Origin: a virus
Length of the DNA: 26,821 nt
Direction: 5' to 3' (one strand)
Virus genome (UHGV): UHGV-0258232
Position numbers and translations under genes: made by a program. The notes beneath the pieces are model-generated. The model worked only from the letters and a program-made list of their open reading frames with translations, was not told the origin of the DNA and ran no database searches. How positions within the stretch are numbered: position 1 is the stretch's first letter; every line of letters begins with the position of its first letter. Shown piece by piece: positions 1-7,972 of this stretch.

Positions 1-39
1 GAGTGCTATCTCCGAATAGGGAATCGAACCTGCAAATCA

Positions 40-62
40 GGCAATAAAAAACCGCCATCAGG
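40..62 (-). terminator. Rho-independent terminator ending the leftward early operon
   Basis: Minus-strand hairpin CCGCC-TGAT-GGCGG (plus 49-62) followed by TTTTTTATT; overlaps the stop codon of the 58..225 ORF. Confidence 0.55.
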
Positions 63-225
63 CGGCTTGGTGTTCTTTCAGTTCTTCAATTCGAATATTA
101 GTTACGTCTGCATGTGCTATCTGCGCCCACAGCATCCAGTGGTCATAGCAGTCGTTGATGTTCTCTGCTTCGATAACTCTGTTGAATGGCTCTCCATTCC
201 ATTCACCTGTGACTCGGAAGTGCAT
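58..225 (-). CDS. Small hypothetical protein (55 aa), last gene of leftward operon
   Basis: Hand-translated minus-strand ORF MHFRVTGEWNGEPFNRVIEAENINDCYDHWMLWAQIAHADVTNIRIEELKEHQAA; GGAG about 7 nt upstream of ATG; terminator at its stop. Not in the supplied track (below 60 aa). Confidence 0.4.
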   Translation of the reverse strand: MHFRVTGEWNGEPFNRVIEAENINDCYDHWMLWAQIAHADVTNIRIEELKEHQAA

Positions 226-297
226 TTATCATCTCCATAAAACAAAACCCGCCGTAGCGAGTTCAGATAAAAGAAATCCCCGCGAGTGCGAGGATTA

Positions 298-582
298 TCA
301 TTCATTGTCGATATTCACCTTTATAGCGAACACCTTTACCGGTTTATCGCCGAAGTGCGGATGTGTGATTGTCTTGATTTCATATCCACCATACGGAACA
401 TCAATTCTGCGACTGGAATCGTCGCGCTTCGGATATCCCTTTGTGATAATCAGGCGGTCATATTCCCGGAACATAATTCGCTTATTCCAGTAGTCATTAC
501 ACAGGCGATACTCTTCCGTTTTCTCTCCGCGAATCATGGCATCGAAGTATTCACCTTTAACGGCAAGTTGCAGGTTAGCCAC
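298..582 (-). CDS. ASCH/PUA-like domain protein (94 aa), tentative
   Basis: Track ORF; motif LAVKGEYFDAMIRGEKTEEYR resembles the ASCH signature (F..I..G.KT.E.R); sits in the leftward operon. Confidence 0.55.
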   Translation of the reverse strand: MANLQLAVKGEYFDAMIRGEKTEEYRLCNDYWNKRIMFREYDRLIITKGYPKRDDSSRRIDVPYGGYEIKTITHPHFGDKPVKVFAIKVNIDNE

Positions 583-862
583 GACCTTCCTCCTTTGGCT
601 TGTGAATTTGTATCGTCATGCCGCTTTGAGTGGTGACTACAACGACAGAACCAGGCTGAAGACTGTTAAGATTGAATGCTTCGTAAAACGAAGCCAAGGC
701 CAGCGCTTTTTTATTCTTTCGGTTCCACCAACGCCATCCATTGCTACAGGCTACACTGACAATCCACTGTCCACTCCTGTAAGCCATATAAAACCAGATG
801 AGCAAAACCTGAATGAATGCTATCCAGTCAATAATCGTATATTTCGCGAAGGAGACCATCAA
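575..862 (-). CDS. Small hydrophobic protein (95 aa), putative membrane protein
   Basis: Track ORF; hydrophobic segment IIDWIAFIQVLLIWFYMAY; start overlaps upstream gene stop (ATGA), consistent with the operon. Confidence 0.4.
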   Translation of the reverse strand: MMVSFAKYTIIDWIAFIQVLLIWFYMAYRSGQWIVSVACSNGWRWWNRKNKKALALASFYEAFNLNSLQPGSVVVVTTQSGMTIQIHKPKEEGRG

Positions 863-1437
863 TTAACCTCCTGCGGCGGTTCCGGTAGAGGCATCCAGTA
901 CAAGGCGTTCCCTAACCACGATAAAGTGCCGTCGCTCAACTCCACGTATTCCCCTTGTACCTGTCCTGCCATATACTCGCCGTGCTTTGAATAAATTAAA
1001 ATCCAATCATCTTGAGCGGGCATTCGCTCACTACAGCTTATCCAACCATCCGGAGTTACCGGATAGTTGCCAGACAGCTCGTTCAACTTGTAAGTTTGGC
1101 TTACAGGTTCGGCTTCCAGTTCTGCAATGCGCTTCTCTGCAGCTTCCAGCTCAACGCGCAGCTTCCCTACCGTTAGCGCAATTTCCTCGTTCTCCTGGTC
1201 GCGGGATTTGATGTATTGCTGGTTCCTTTCCCGTTCATCCAGTAGTGCCAAAGCAATCTTTGGATTAAAGGCAGCAATAAATTCAGCGTTGTTTTTCAGA
1301 ACGTGTTGCGCAATGGCCTGACTACTTAGTCGGACCTCATAACCACGTGCGCCACGGTGTGGTTTATATGAGTCCCAGTCTCCCCACGTTGCCTTCTCCG
1401 CCGCCTCACGCAGTGCCTGATAATTAATTTCGCTCAC
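859..1437 (-). CDS. Ead/Ea22-like protein with C-terminal DUF551-like region
   Basis: Track ORF 192 aa; central coiled-coil (LTVGKLRVELEAAEKRIAELEA) and W-rich C-terminus typical of lambdoid ea-region proteins. Confidence 0.65.
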   Translation of the reverse strand: MSEINYQALREAAEKATWGDWDSYKPHRGARGYEVRLSSQAIAQHVLKNNAEFIAAFNPKIALALLDERERNQQYIKSRDQENEEIALTVGKLRVELEAAEKRIAELEAEPVSQTYKLNELSGNYPVTPDGWISCSERMPAQDDWILIYSKHGEYMAGQVQGEYVELSDGTLSWLGNALYWMPLPEPPQEVN

Positions 1438-1658
1438 TCTTCATCCTCCAAGTCGGCAACGGCGTCCATCACATCAGAACCGCGAATAACCTCAAAAGCA
1501 CGGCAGGCCATTTGAAATACCAGTTGCTCTTGCGGGTGAGGAGACGCCCAATATTTGAAGCCTGGGCGATGCGTGTACCCCATCATTGAATAAAAATCAC
1601 CAGCAAGCTTAATCGCGGCATCGACAAGCTCTCTGTTAGTCATTCTTTTTCCGCTCAC
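1434..1658 (-). CDS. Hypothetical early-region protein (74 aa)
   Basis: Track ORF; 4-nt overlaps with both neighbours (ATGA coupling). Confidence 0.55.
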   Translation of the reverse strand: MSGKRMTNRELVDAAIKLAGDFYSMMGYTHRPGFKYWASPHPQEQLVFQMACRAFEVIRGSDVMDAVADLEDEE

Positions 1659-2191
1659 TGGTTGCCTCCTTTGCGAAGCTGGGCAGCAAAGTCAACTAAC
1701 CACTCAGTCATTTCAACCTTCCCTACCAGGTCTGAACCAGGGTGCATACAGCAATCACTCTGCGCCGCTTTGAAATCCTTATACTCATATTCTTGGGCCA
1801 CCAGATTTTTTGCAGCTTCTATAGCAGCATCCACCCCCTGCGCCCGCACTTCAGCCAGAAAAGCATCGGTGGCTGGGGTTTCAGTAACATCATCTTCCCA
1901 TTCGCTAAACTCCTCACGACAAAAGTCATTAAATTCCTTCTCAGATTGCTTAAGTGAGGTATTTTCAGCAGCCATCTTCGCGCATTTAGCCTCAAGGTTA
2001 TCAATCGTGATTCCAGCAGAACTACACTCCCGCAACGCCGTTTCCAGTTTTGATTCAAGTTCACCGAACTTACGGACAAGGTATTCAGCGTTTGTTTCGT
2101 TAACCTTTAAATCACTTGGGATGCATTTACCTTTCAGAAAACCATCCATCTCAATTAGTGACATTTGTTTCATTTCTTCCCACTCCGCCAC
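1655..2191 (-). CDS. Ead/Ea22-like coiled-coil protein (178 aa)
   Basis: Track ORF; acidic, coiled-coil rich; position and composition typical of Ea22-family proteins. Confidence 0.65.
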   Translation of the reverse strand: MAEWEEMKQMSLIEMDGFLKGKCIPSDLKVNETNAEYLVRKFGELESKLETALRECSSAGITIDNLEAKCAKMAAENTSLKQSEKEFNDFCREEFSEWEDDVTETPATDAFLAEVRAQGVDAAIEAAKNLVAQEYEYKDFKAAQSDCCMHPGSDLVGKVEMTEWLVDFAAQLRKGGNQ

Positions 2192-2267
2192 ATCGCATTC
2201 AGATATTTGTTGTCATTAACAGAACCGAAACTCTTTCTCTTAAGCAAGTCCTCTCATGGTAAATTCC

Positions 2268-2564
2268 TCAGTCATTACTGATAGCGCCATAGCGTGAGCG
2301 GTAATTACGCAGGCGCGGGTCGATATATTCAGGGAAGCGGGTATATGTGGCTTTGCGGAATGGTCGGATTGATGTCTGGTAAATTCGCTCGCGTTCTTCT
2401 TTCTCTGCAAGCCATATACAGTGGCGAAATTCCTTTTCCTCTTTCGTTTCCTGCGGTAGAGACATTATTCGATCGTAGTTTTTTCTGAATTTATCCAGCA
2501 CCTCCGATACGGAATTGCCGGAACAGCGGCGCGGGTCATCCGCACCATACAAAGGCGCTGGCAT
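2268..2564 (-). CDS. Hypothetical basic protein (98 aa)
   Basis: Track ORF in operon orientation directly downstream of ssb. Confidence 0.5.
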   Translation of the reverse strand: MPAPLYGADDPRRCSGNSVSEVLDKFRKNYDRIMSLPQETKEEKEFRHCIWLAEKEERERIYQTSIRPFRKATYTRFPEYIDPRLRNYRSRYGAISND

Positions 2565-2587
2565 AATTAAATCCTTATTTTTCTAAA

Positions 2588-2971
2588 TCAGAATGGGATG
2601 GAATCGTCGTATTCAGGATTATTTTGATGATTGCTACTTTGCTGCTGTTGGCTGTTTCCTGAAGTTGCAAATCCAATCTTTGCATTCAGTAATTCAAGAG
2701 TGATTGATTGACCATTTTGCCCCTGATAAACATCAACCCTGATGTTTTCTCCGGTAATTTCTACAATGCCTCCTTCAACCAGAACGCTACGATAGTAATC
2801 CGCTTGCGCTCCCGGCTTGGCAAATACAACGGCGCTGTAGTTTGTCCATTCTTTCTTTTTTGTCTGGCGATCGTAATACTGAACGCCAGCACGGATGTTG
2901 AATCCGATATTTTCCCCGCCCTGAAACTCTCTTGCGGGTTTGTTTAGTCTTACTGTAATCGAATGTGCCAT
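2588..2971 (-). CDS. ssb: Phage single-stranded DNA-binding protein (127 aa)
   Basis: OB-fold-like N-terminus, Gln-rich linker (SGNSQQQQSSNHQNN) and acidic DDSIPF tail typical of SSB; ATG at 2971 shares a base with the erf stop (TAATG). Confidence 0.85.
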   Translation of the reverse strand: MAHSITVRLNKPAREFQGGENIGFNIRAGVQYYDRQTKKKEWTNYSAVVFAKPGAQADYYRSVLVEGGIVEITGENIRVDVYQGQNGQSITLELLNAKIGFATSGNSQQQQSSNHQNNPEYDDSIPF

Positions 2972-3576
2972 TAAGCAGTTGCCCCTTCTAATTCGTCTCG
3001 TCTGATGTTGTAAACGTCCTGCGCTTTGTGCTGCTCCGGCGTCCCTTCGAGCATCTTCCACGCTTTGGCGAACGCCTGTTTAAGCTCTTCTACGGTGTTT
3101 TTCTGCATTGCTGCGTCAGTGAATGCTTTTAGAACCTGTTCAGGTGTAAGTGATGGTTTTGATTGCTTTGCTGCTGCGTTCTGCTGATGTTTATGCTCGT
3201 CTGTATCTGCATCTTTCGCATCATCAATGCCGAACAAACCATTGAGGCAATACTTGCGTGCATAAGAGCTTGTAGCTCCCGTAACTTGTGCAGAATCCAT
3301 TCCTTTCTTGCTTTCTTCCTCTCGTGCAAGAGCGGTTGCCGTATGACTGTTTTCGCCATCGGTAATAGTTGCCGTGGCTTTCACGTAATACCGATCACCA
3401 ATCAACACAACTTCATCGCTGATTGATAAAAACAGACCGTTCAGTAACGGCTTAACGCCTTCAAGAATATCTTCGCAGCTTCTGTATTTATATTTGCCGA
3501 ATGAGTTGTACTGATTCTTTGGCGCGTTCAGATTCTCCTGAATAGCTGCCAGTCTTGCGTAAAATTCTTTGCTCAT
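2971..3576 (-). CDS. erf: Erf-family single-strand annealing recombination protein (201 aa)
   Basis: Starts MSKEFYARLAAIQENLNAPKNQYNSFGKYKYRSCEDIL, matching the recalled N-terminus of P22 Erf; ATG at 3576 chosen over the upstream TTG of the track ORF. Confidence 0.88.
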   Translation of the reverse strand: MSKEFYARLAAIQENLNAPKNQYNSFGKYKYRSCEDILEGVKPLLNGLFLSISDEVVLIGDRYYVKATATITDGENSHTATALAREEESKKGMDSAQVTGATSSYARKYCLNGLFGIDDAKDADTDEHKHQQNAAAKQSKPSLTPEQVLKAFTDAAMQKNTVEELKQAFAKAWKMLEGTPEQHKAQDVYNIRRDELEGATA

Positions 3577-3677
3577 ATGATTGCTCTCAGAATGGACACG
3601 GCCCAAGGAAATAACGCTGATTTAATACTTCGACTCGGGACAAATTAAGGCATACCCGCATTCCTTCGCGGTCACCA

Positions 3678-3836
3678 TTATGGCGATACCAGAGAGCTTT
3701 CTGCGTGTACATGCGTCTCTGTAACTTGCTCTCCTTCACTGTGGTTGCAAGTGACATGAATATCTCCTTCGTTACCGATTAATTCTTTTATCTGACGAAT
3801 GAATTCTTCGTCTGACCAGTTATCCGTAAAACTCAT
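3678..3836 (-). CDS. Small early protein (about 52 aa), Kil/Arf-position ORF
   Basis: Track ORF trimmed to the internal ATG overlapping the cIII stop (ATGA); lies between cIII and erf where P22-like phages carry kil/arf; identity not established. Confidence 0.4.
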   Translation of the reverse strand: MSFTDNWSDEEFIRQIKELIGNEGDIHVTCNHSEGEQVTETHVHAESSLVSP

Positions 3837-4003
3837 GGACGGCCTTGTTGTTTCAAAATATCCCAAAGCTTTTCGAGCAAGCTTTTCATTCTTGGTTGTT
3901 TAAAGTCTGCTCCGGTTAAAATGTTTTTTCGTGAATGCTGTACCGATAAAATCGGGTTGAAAGGGCGAACCGATGCCGCCCCTGCAATAGCGAACTGTTG
4001 CAT
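3833..4003 (-). CDS. cIII: CIII-like FtsH (HflB) protease inhibitor (56 aa)
   Basis: MQQFAIAG...LLEKLWDILKQQGRP resembles recalled lambda CIII (MQYAIAGW...LIDILNQPG); AAGGAG RBS upstream of ATG at 4003. Confidence 0.75.
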   Translation of the reverse strand: MQQFAIAGAASVRPFNPILSVQHSRKNILTGADFKQPRMKSLLEKLWDILKQQGRP

Positions 4004-4065
4004 AGGATGCTCCTTCTGTTTGATTGCATAACGAAAACGCCTCGAGTGAAGCGTTATTGGTATGC

Positions 4066-4093
4066 ATATAAAAAAGCCCTCACATTGGAGGGC
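4066..4093 (-). terminator. Rho-independent terminator between accessory cassette and cIII
   Basis: Minus-strand GCCCTC-CAATGT-GAGGGC hairpin followed by TTTTTTAT. Confidence 0.55.
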
Positions 4094-4156
4094 AAAGAAG
4101 ATTTCCAATAATCAGAACAAGTCGGCTCCTGTTTAGTTACGAGCGACATTGCTCCG

Positions 4157-4184
4157 TGTATTCACTCGTTGGAATGAATACACA
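4157..4184. repeat. 9-bp perfect inverted repeat GTGTATTCA/TGAATACAC, 10-nt spacer
   Basis: Seen directly, immediately after the stop of the 62-aa ORF; no T-tract follows. Confidence 0.6.
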
Positions 4185-4188
4185 GTGC

Positions 4189-4377
4189 TTATTCGTCATG
4201 CATTTCAGGTAACTCTTCGTATTCGACGCTCCATACGTTTTCACACCAACTAACTCGCTCATATCTTTTACAGAAAGCAGACCACATAACTAGTGTTCCA
4301 TCATGGTTTGTTATTACTTCTGTAATATCACCAACACTAACAAAACTGGTATTAGAAGCGGTTATTTTTACTTTCAT
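4189..4377 (-). CDS. Hypothetical small protein (62 aa), accessory cassette gene 3
   Basis: Track ORF; start shares one base with the upstream stop (TAATG); low-GC. Confidence 0.5.
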   Translation of the reverse strand: MKVKITASNTSFVSVGDITEVITNHDGTLVMWSAFCKRYERVSWCENVWSVEYEELPEMHDE

Positions 4378-4673
4378 TACTTATCCCCAAGAGCTTTTCT
4401 TATTGCTGCGAGACCTTTATTAACAGCTCCATACCATTCTGGATATGTTGTCGTTGTTCTATTTTTGGTTTGCTTAAGTAATAACTGAAGTGCTTCGAGA
4501 AGGTCAGGTGCTGCCGCTATTAGATTGGCATCTTCAATGCATTGAACTTCCTCACAGATTGCAATATACGAACGCCAGCCTGCGCCATTTTCAAGTGAGT
4601 CTGCCTGGATGATTTTAATCTCATCCCCATCCATCATTATTTCCCACTTACCTTCAGTACCTTTAAATTCCAT
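4377..4673 (-). CDS. Hypothetical protein (98 aa), accessory cassette gene 2
   Basis: Track ORF; AGAGG RBS upstream of ATG at 4673; low-GC; no recognisable motif. Confidence 0.6.
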   Translation of the reverse strand: MEFKGTEGKWEIMMDGDEIKIIQADSLENGAGWRSYIAICEEVQCIEDANLIAAAPDLLEALQLLLKQTKNRTTTTYPEWYGAVNKGLAAIRKALGDK

Positions 4674-4692
4674 GTTAGCCTCTGTTGTTTAT

Positions 4693-4720
4693 GCCAAAAA
4701 TAAAGGCCGACTATGCGGCC
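4693..4720 (-). terminator. Rho-independent terminator or attenuator after the 156-aa gene
   Basis: Minus-strand GGCCG-CATAGT-CGGCC hairpin followed by TTTATTTTTGG; overlaps the gene stop codon. Confidence 0.5.
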
Positions 4721-5190
4721 TAGTAGAATACCCAATTTTCTGTTTCTTGGTTGTGTCCAAAGTTATATTCAATATCTGGTGTTGATGTATCAATATTCTT
4801 CATCCCATCAACAAGAGTTGATACAACAGCCAAATCTTGTTTGATTCTCATTAAATGGTATTTCTTCCGGCGCAATAAACTTTCAATGGCAAGTTTCTTC
4901 GTTGGGAATGCAAAAGATCTTTCTGCATTTTTTGCTACTTTCTTAATTGCATATCTATTTCTCTTTTGTTTCCATTCCTGTAACCACTGATTTGGTGCTG
5001 GTTTAAAATTAACAATCCAATGCGCAGGAACCAACCATGCATAATGCTCTGTCTGATGAAAAGCTATATATTGAAGTGCGAATATTTTGATTCCATCTTC
5101 TTCAACTGTCGCCTGGAATCTCCAGAAAACAGGCATTCCATCATGTTCAGTTTCTGATTCAGGAAAAGGTACGCTCCATGATTTTGTCAT
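4720..5190 (-). CDS. Hypothetical protein (156 aa), accessory cassette gene 1
   Basis: Track ORF; GAGGTGA RBS upstream of ATG at 5190; low-GC; about 200 bp non-coding upstream; no recognisable motif. Confidence 0.6.
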   Translation of the reverse strand: MTKSWSVPFPESETEHDGMPVFWRFQATVEEDGIKIFALQYIAFHQTEHYAWLVPAHWIVNFKPAPNQWLQEWKQKRNRYAIKKVAKNAERSFAFPTKKLAIESLLRRKKYHLMRIKQDLAVVSTLVDGMKNIDTSTPDIEYNFGHNQETENWVFY

Positions 5191-5390
5191 ATCTCACCTC
5201 AAATAAGTGGCTTGCTGCGAAAATAAATCCGCTTAAGTTACCTGTTATTTATCCCACCAAGTTCCGTATCTATCTATCCAGTTACACCAATCATCGACAC
5301 TCCATTTTGTTGTGTCGCATTTTGGCAACTGGCATGAATATCTACCTTCTTTGTAAAGTCGGCGTTTGACTTTCTTGAGCATGGCTCACC

Positions 5391-5723
5391 TCAATCGTAA
5401 TAAGCTGGAATTGATTTTCCGCGTTGCTTCTGGCGGCCTGAGCAAGTCACACCCATTTCACTGCGTGGCTTGCTGTACCATGTGCGCTGATTCTTGCGCT
5501 CAATACGTTGCAGGTTGCTTTCAATCTGTTCGTGGTATTCAGCCAGCACCGTAAGGTCTATCGGATTCAGTGCGCTTTCTACTCGTGATTTCGGTTTGCG
5601 ATTCAGCGAGAGAATAGGGCGGTTAACTGGTTTTGCGCTTACCCCAACCAACAGGGGATTTGCTGCTTTCCATTGAGCCTGTTTCTCTGCGCGACGTTCG
5701 CGGCGGCGTGTTTGTGCATCCAT
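5391..5723 (-). CDS. N: N-type transcription antitermination protein (110 aa)
   Basis: From the internal ATG reads MDAQTRRRERRAEKQAQWKAANPLLVGVSAKPVNRPILSLNRKPKSRVESALNPIDLTVLAEY, matching recalled lambda N incl. arginine-rich motif; C-terminus diverges. Confidence 0.9.
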   Translation of the reverse strand: MDAQTRRRERRAEKQAQWKAANPLLVGVSAKPVNRPILSLNRKPKSRVESALNPIDLTVLAEYHEQIESNLQRIERKNQRTWYSKPRSEMGVTCSGRQKQRGKSIPAYYD

Positions 5724-5833
5724 CTGGATTCTCCTGTCAGTTAGCTTTGAGTAACGCGCCGTGATGCTTATCTCCACGGTTGCTGTCTTGCAGCTGCATT
5801 TCGCGCTACTCAAAGCCTTCTGCTTTGAATGCT

Positions 5834-5864
5834 GCCCTTCTTCAGGGCTTAATTTTTAAGAGCA
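5834..5864 (-). promoter_or_regulatory. nutL site (boxA and boxB)
   Basis: Minus-strand TGCTCTTAAAAATTAA (boxA-like) and GCCCTGAAGAAGGGC (boxB hairpin), matching recalled lambda nutL, between PL and N. Confidence 0.85.
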
Positions 5865-5879
5865 TCACCTTCATGGTGG

Positions 5880-5950
5880 TCAGTGCGTCCTGCTGATGGC
5901 TTAAAATTACAAGAAAGATTGTATGTTGTAAACAAGAAATATTGTAAAAA
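5880..5950 (-). promoter_or_regulatory. PL promoter region (approximate)
   Basis: Minus-strand TTTACA, 17 nt, TAATTT overlapping OL operators upstream of nutL; exact -10/-35 not verified. Confidence 0.45.
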
Positions 5951-5976
5951 GGGGCGTGAAAAACAAACTCCATTGT
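5909..5976. promoter_or_regulatory. OL operators, 434 type (three 14-bp sites)
   Basis: ACAAGAAAGATTGT (5909-5922), ACAAGAAATATTGT (5932-5945), ACAAACTCCATTGT (5963-5976) fit the 434 operator pattern ACAA-N6-TTGT. Confidence 0.8.
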
Positions 5977-6025
5977 TTTTAAATGAAAAATAGTTTGTTT
6001 TTGGTTATCGAGATTGAGGTGGGGA

Positions 6026-7378
<1,353 letters not shown>

Positions 7379-7386
7379 GACATTCC

Positions 7387-7418
7387 CGCTCTTACACATC
7401 CCAGCCCTGAAAAAGGGC
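7387..7418 (+). promoter_or_regulatory. nutR site (boxA and boxB)
   Basis: CGCTCTTACA (7387-7396) and GCCCTGAAAAAGGGC (7404-7418), matching recalled lambda nutR, between cro and cII. Confidence 0.85.
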
Positions 7419-7443
7419 ATCAAATTAAACCACACCTATGGTG

Positions 7444-7463
7444 TATGCATTTATTTGCATACA
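7444..7463 (+). other. Hairpin GTATGCA-TTTATT-TGCATAC upstream of cII (possible tR1 or leader element)
   Basis: 7-bp inverted repeat seen directly; function not established. Confidence 0.3.
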
Positions 7464-7497
7464 TTCAATCAATTGTTATCTAAGGAAATACTTACAT

Positions 7498-7776
7498 ATG
7501 CAACTTACAAGTACTCGCAAGAAAGCGAATGCAATTACAAGCAACATCCTGAATCGAATTGCTGTACGTGGTCAGCGAAAGGTTGCCGACGCGTTAGGGG
7601 TTAATGAATCGCAAATTTCGCGATGGAAAGACAGCTTCATCCCCAAAATGGGAATGCTTCTGGCTGTTCTTGAATGGGGTGTTGAAGACGAGGAGTTGGC
7701 GGAACTGGCTAAGCAAGTAGCCAGAATGCTGACAAAAGAAAAAGCCCCGAAGAACGGCGAATTCTTCGAGGCCTAA
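7498..7776 (+). CDS. cII: CII-like transcriptional activator (92 aa)
   Basis: SQISRWK...IPKMGMLLAVLEWGVEDEELAELAKQVA matches the recalled lambda CII core (SQISRWK...IPKFSMLLAVLEWGV); ATG at 7498 with AAGGA RBS. Confidence 0.85.
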   Translation: MQLTSTRKKANAITSNILNRIAVRGQRKVADALGVNESQISRWKDSFIPKMGMLLAVLEWGVEDEELAELAKQVARMLTKEKAPKNGEFFEA

Positions 7777-7810
7777 TGTAGAAAGACTGGATCAATCCAC
7801 GGGAGTAATT

Positions 7811-7972
7811 ATGACAAAACGTCGTAAGAAATACCAGGAAAAAGAAGAGATTCGACACCCTGATTCACCTGAGGGATTAGTGGTAGCCGCAGCAAATAAC
7901 AGGGCGTTCGCAGAGCGCCTTGTTGGTGTTTACAGACTAGCTAAAGCAGGAGTGAAACATGGGCGTCGTTAA
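7811..7972 (+). CDS. Small basic ORF (53 aa) between cII and replication gene
   Basis: Hand-translated [53 protein letters not shown]; GGGAG RBS; overlaps next gene start by 14 nt; not in track. Confidence 0.3.
   Translation: MTKRRKKYQEKEEIRHPDSPEGLVVAAANNRAFAERLVGVYRLAKAGVKHGRR

Noticed and set aside
1-40. GGGAATCGAACC near the window start resembles the reverse complement of a tRNA T-arm (possible tRNA attachment site)
   Set aside because: Flanking bases do not form a 5-bp T-stem or acceptor stem on either strand; only about 40 nt available; no integrase adjacent
117-305. Track ORF (minus, 62 aa) overlapping the 58..225 ORF in another frame
   Set aside because: No RBS or coupling; the alternative frame 58..225 has a GGAG RBS and ends at the operon terminator; at most one is likely real
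155-994. Plus-strand track ORFs 155..493, 286..636 and 536..994
   Set aside because: Antisense to the leftward early operon genes (298..582, 575..862, 859..1437), which show operon coupling; low-complexity products; likely spurious
1662-2219. Plus-strand 185-aa ORF rich in Ser/Ala
   Set aside because: Fully antisense to the Ea22-like gene 1655..2191; compositional artefact of the coiled-coil gene complement
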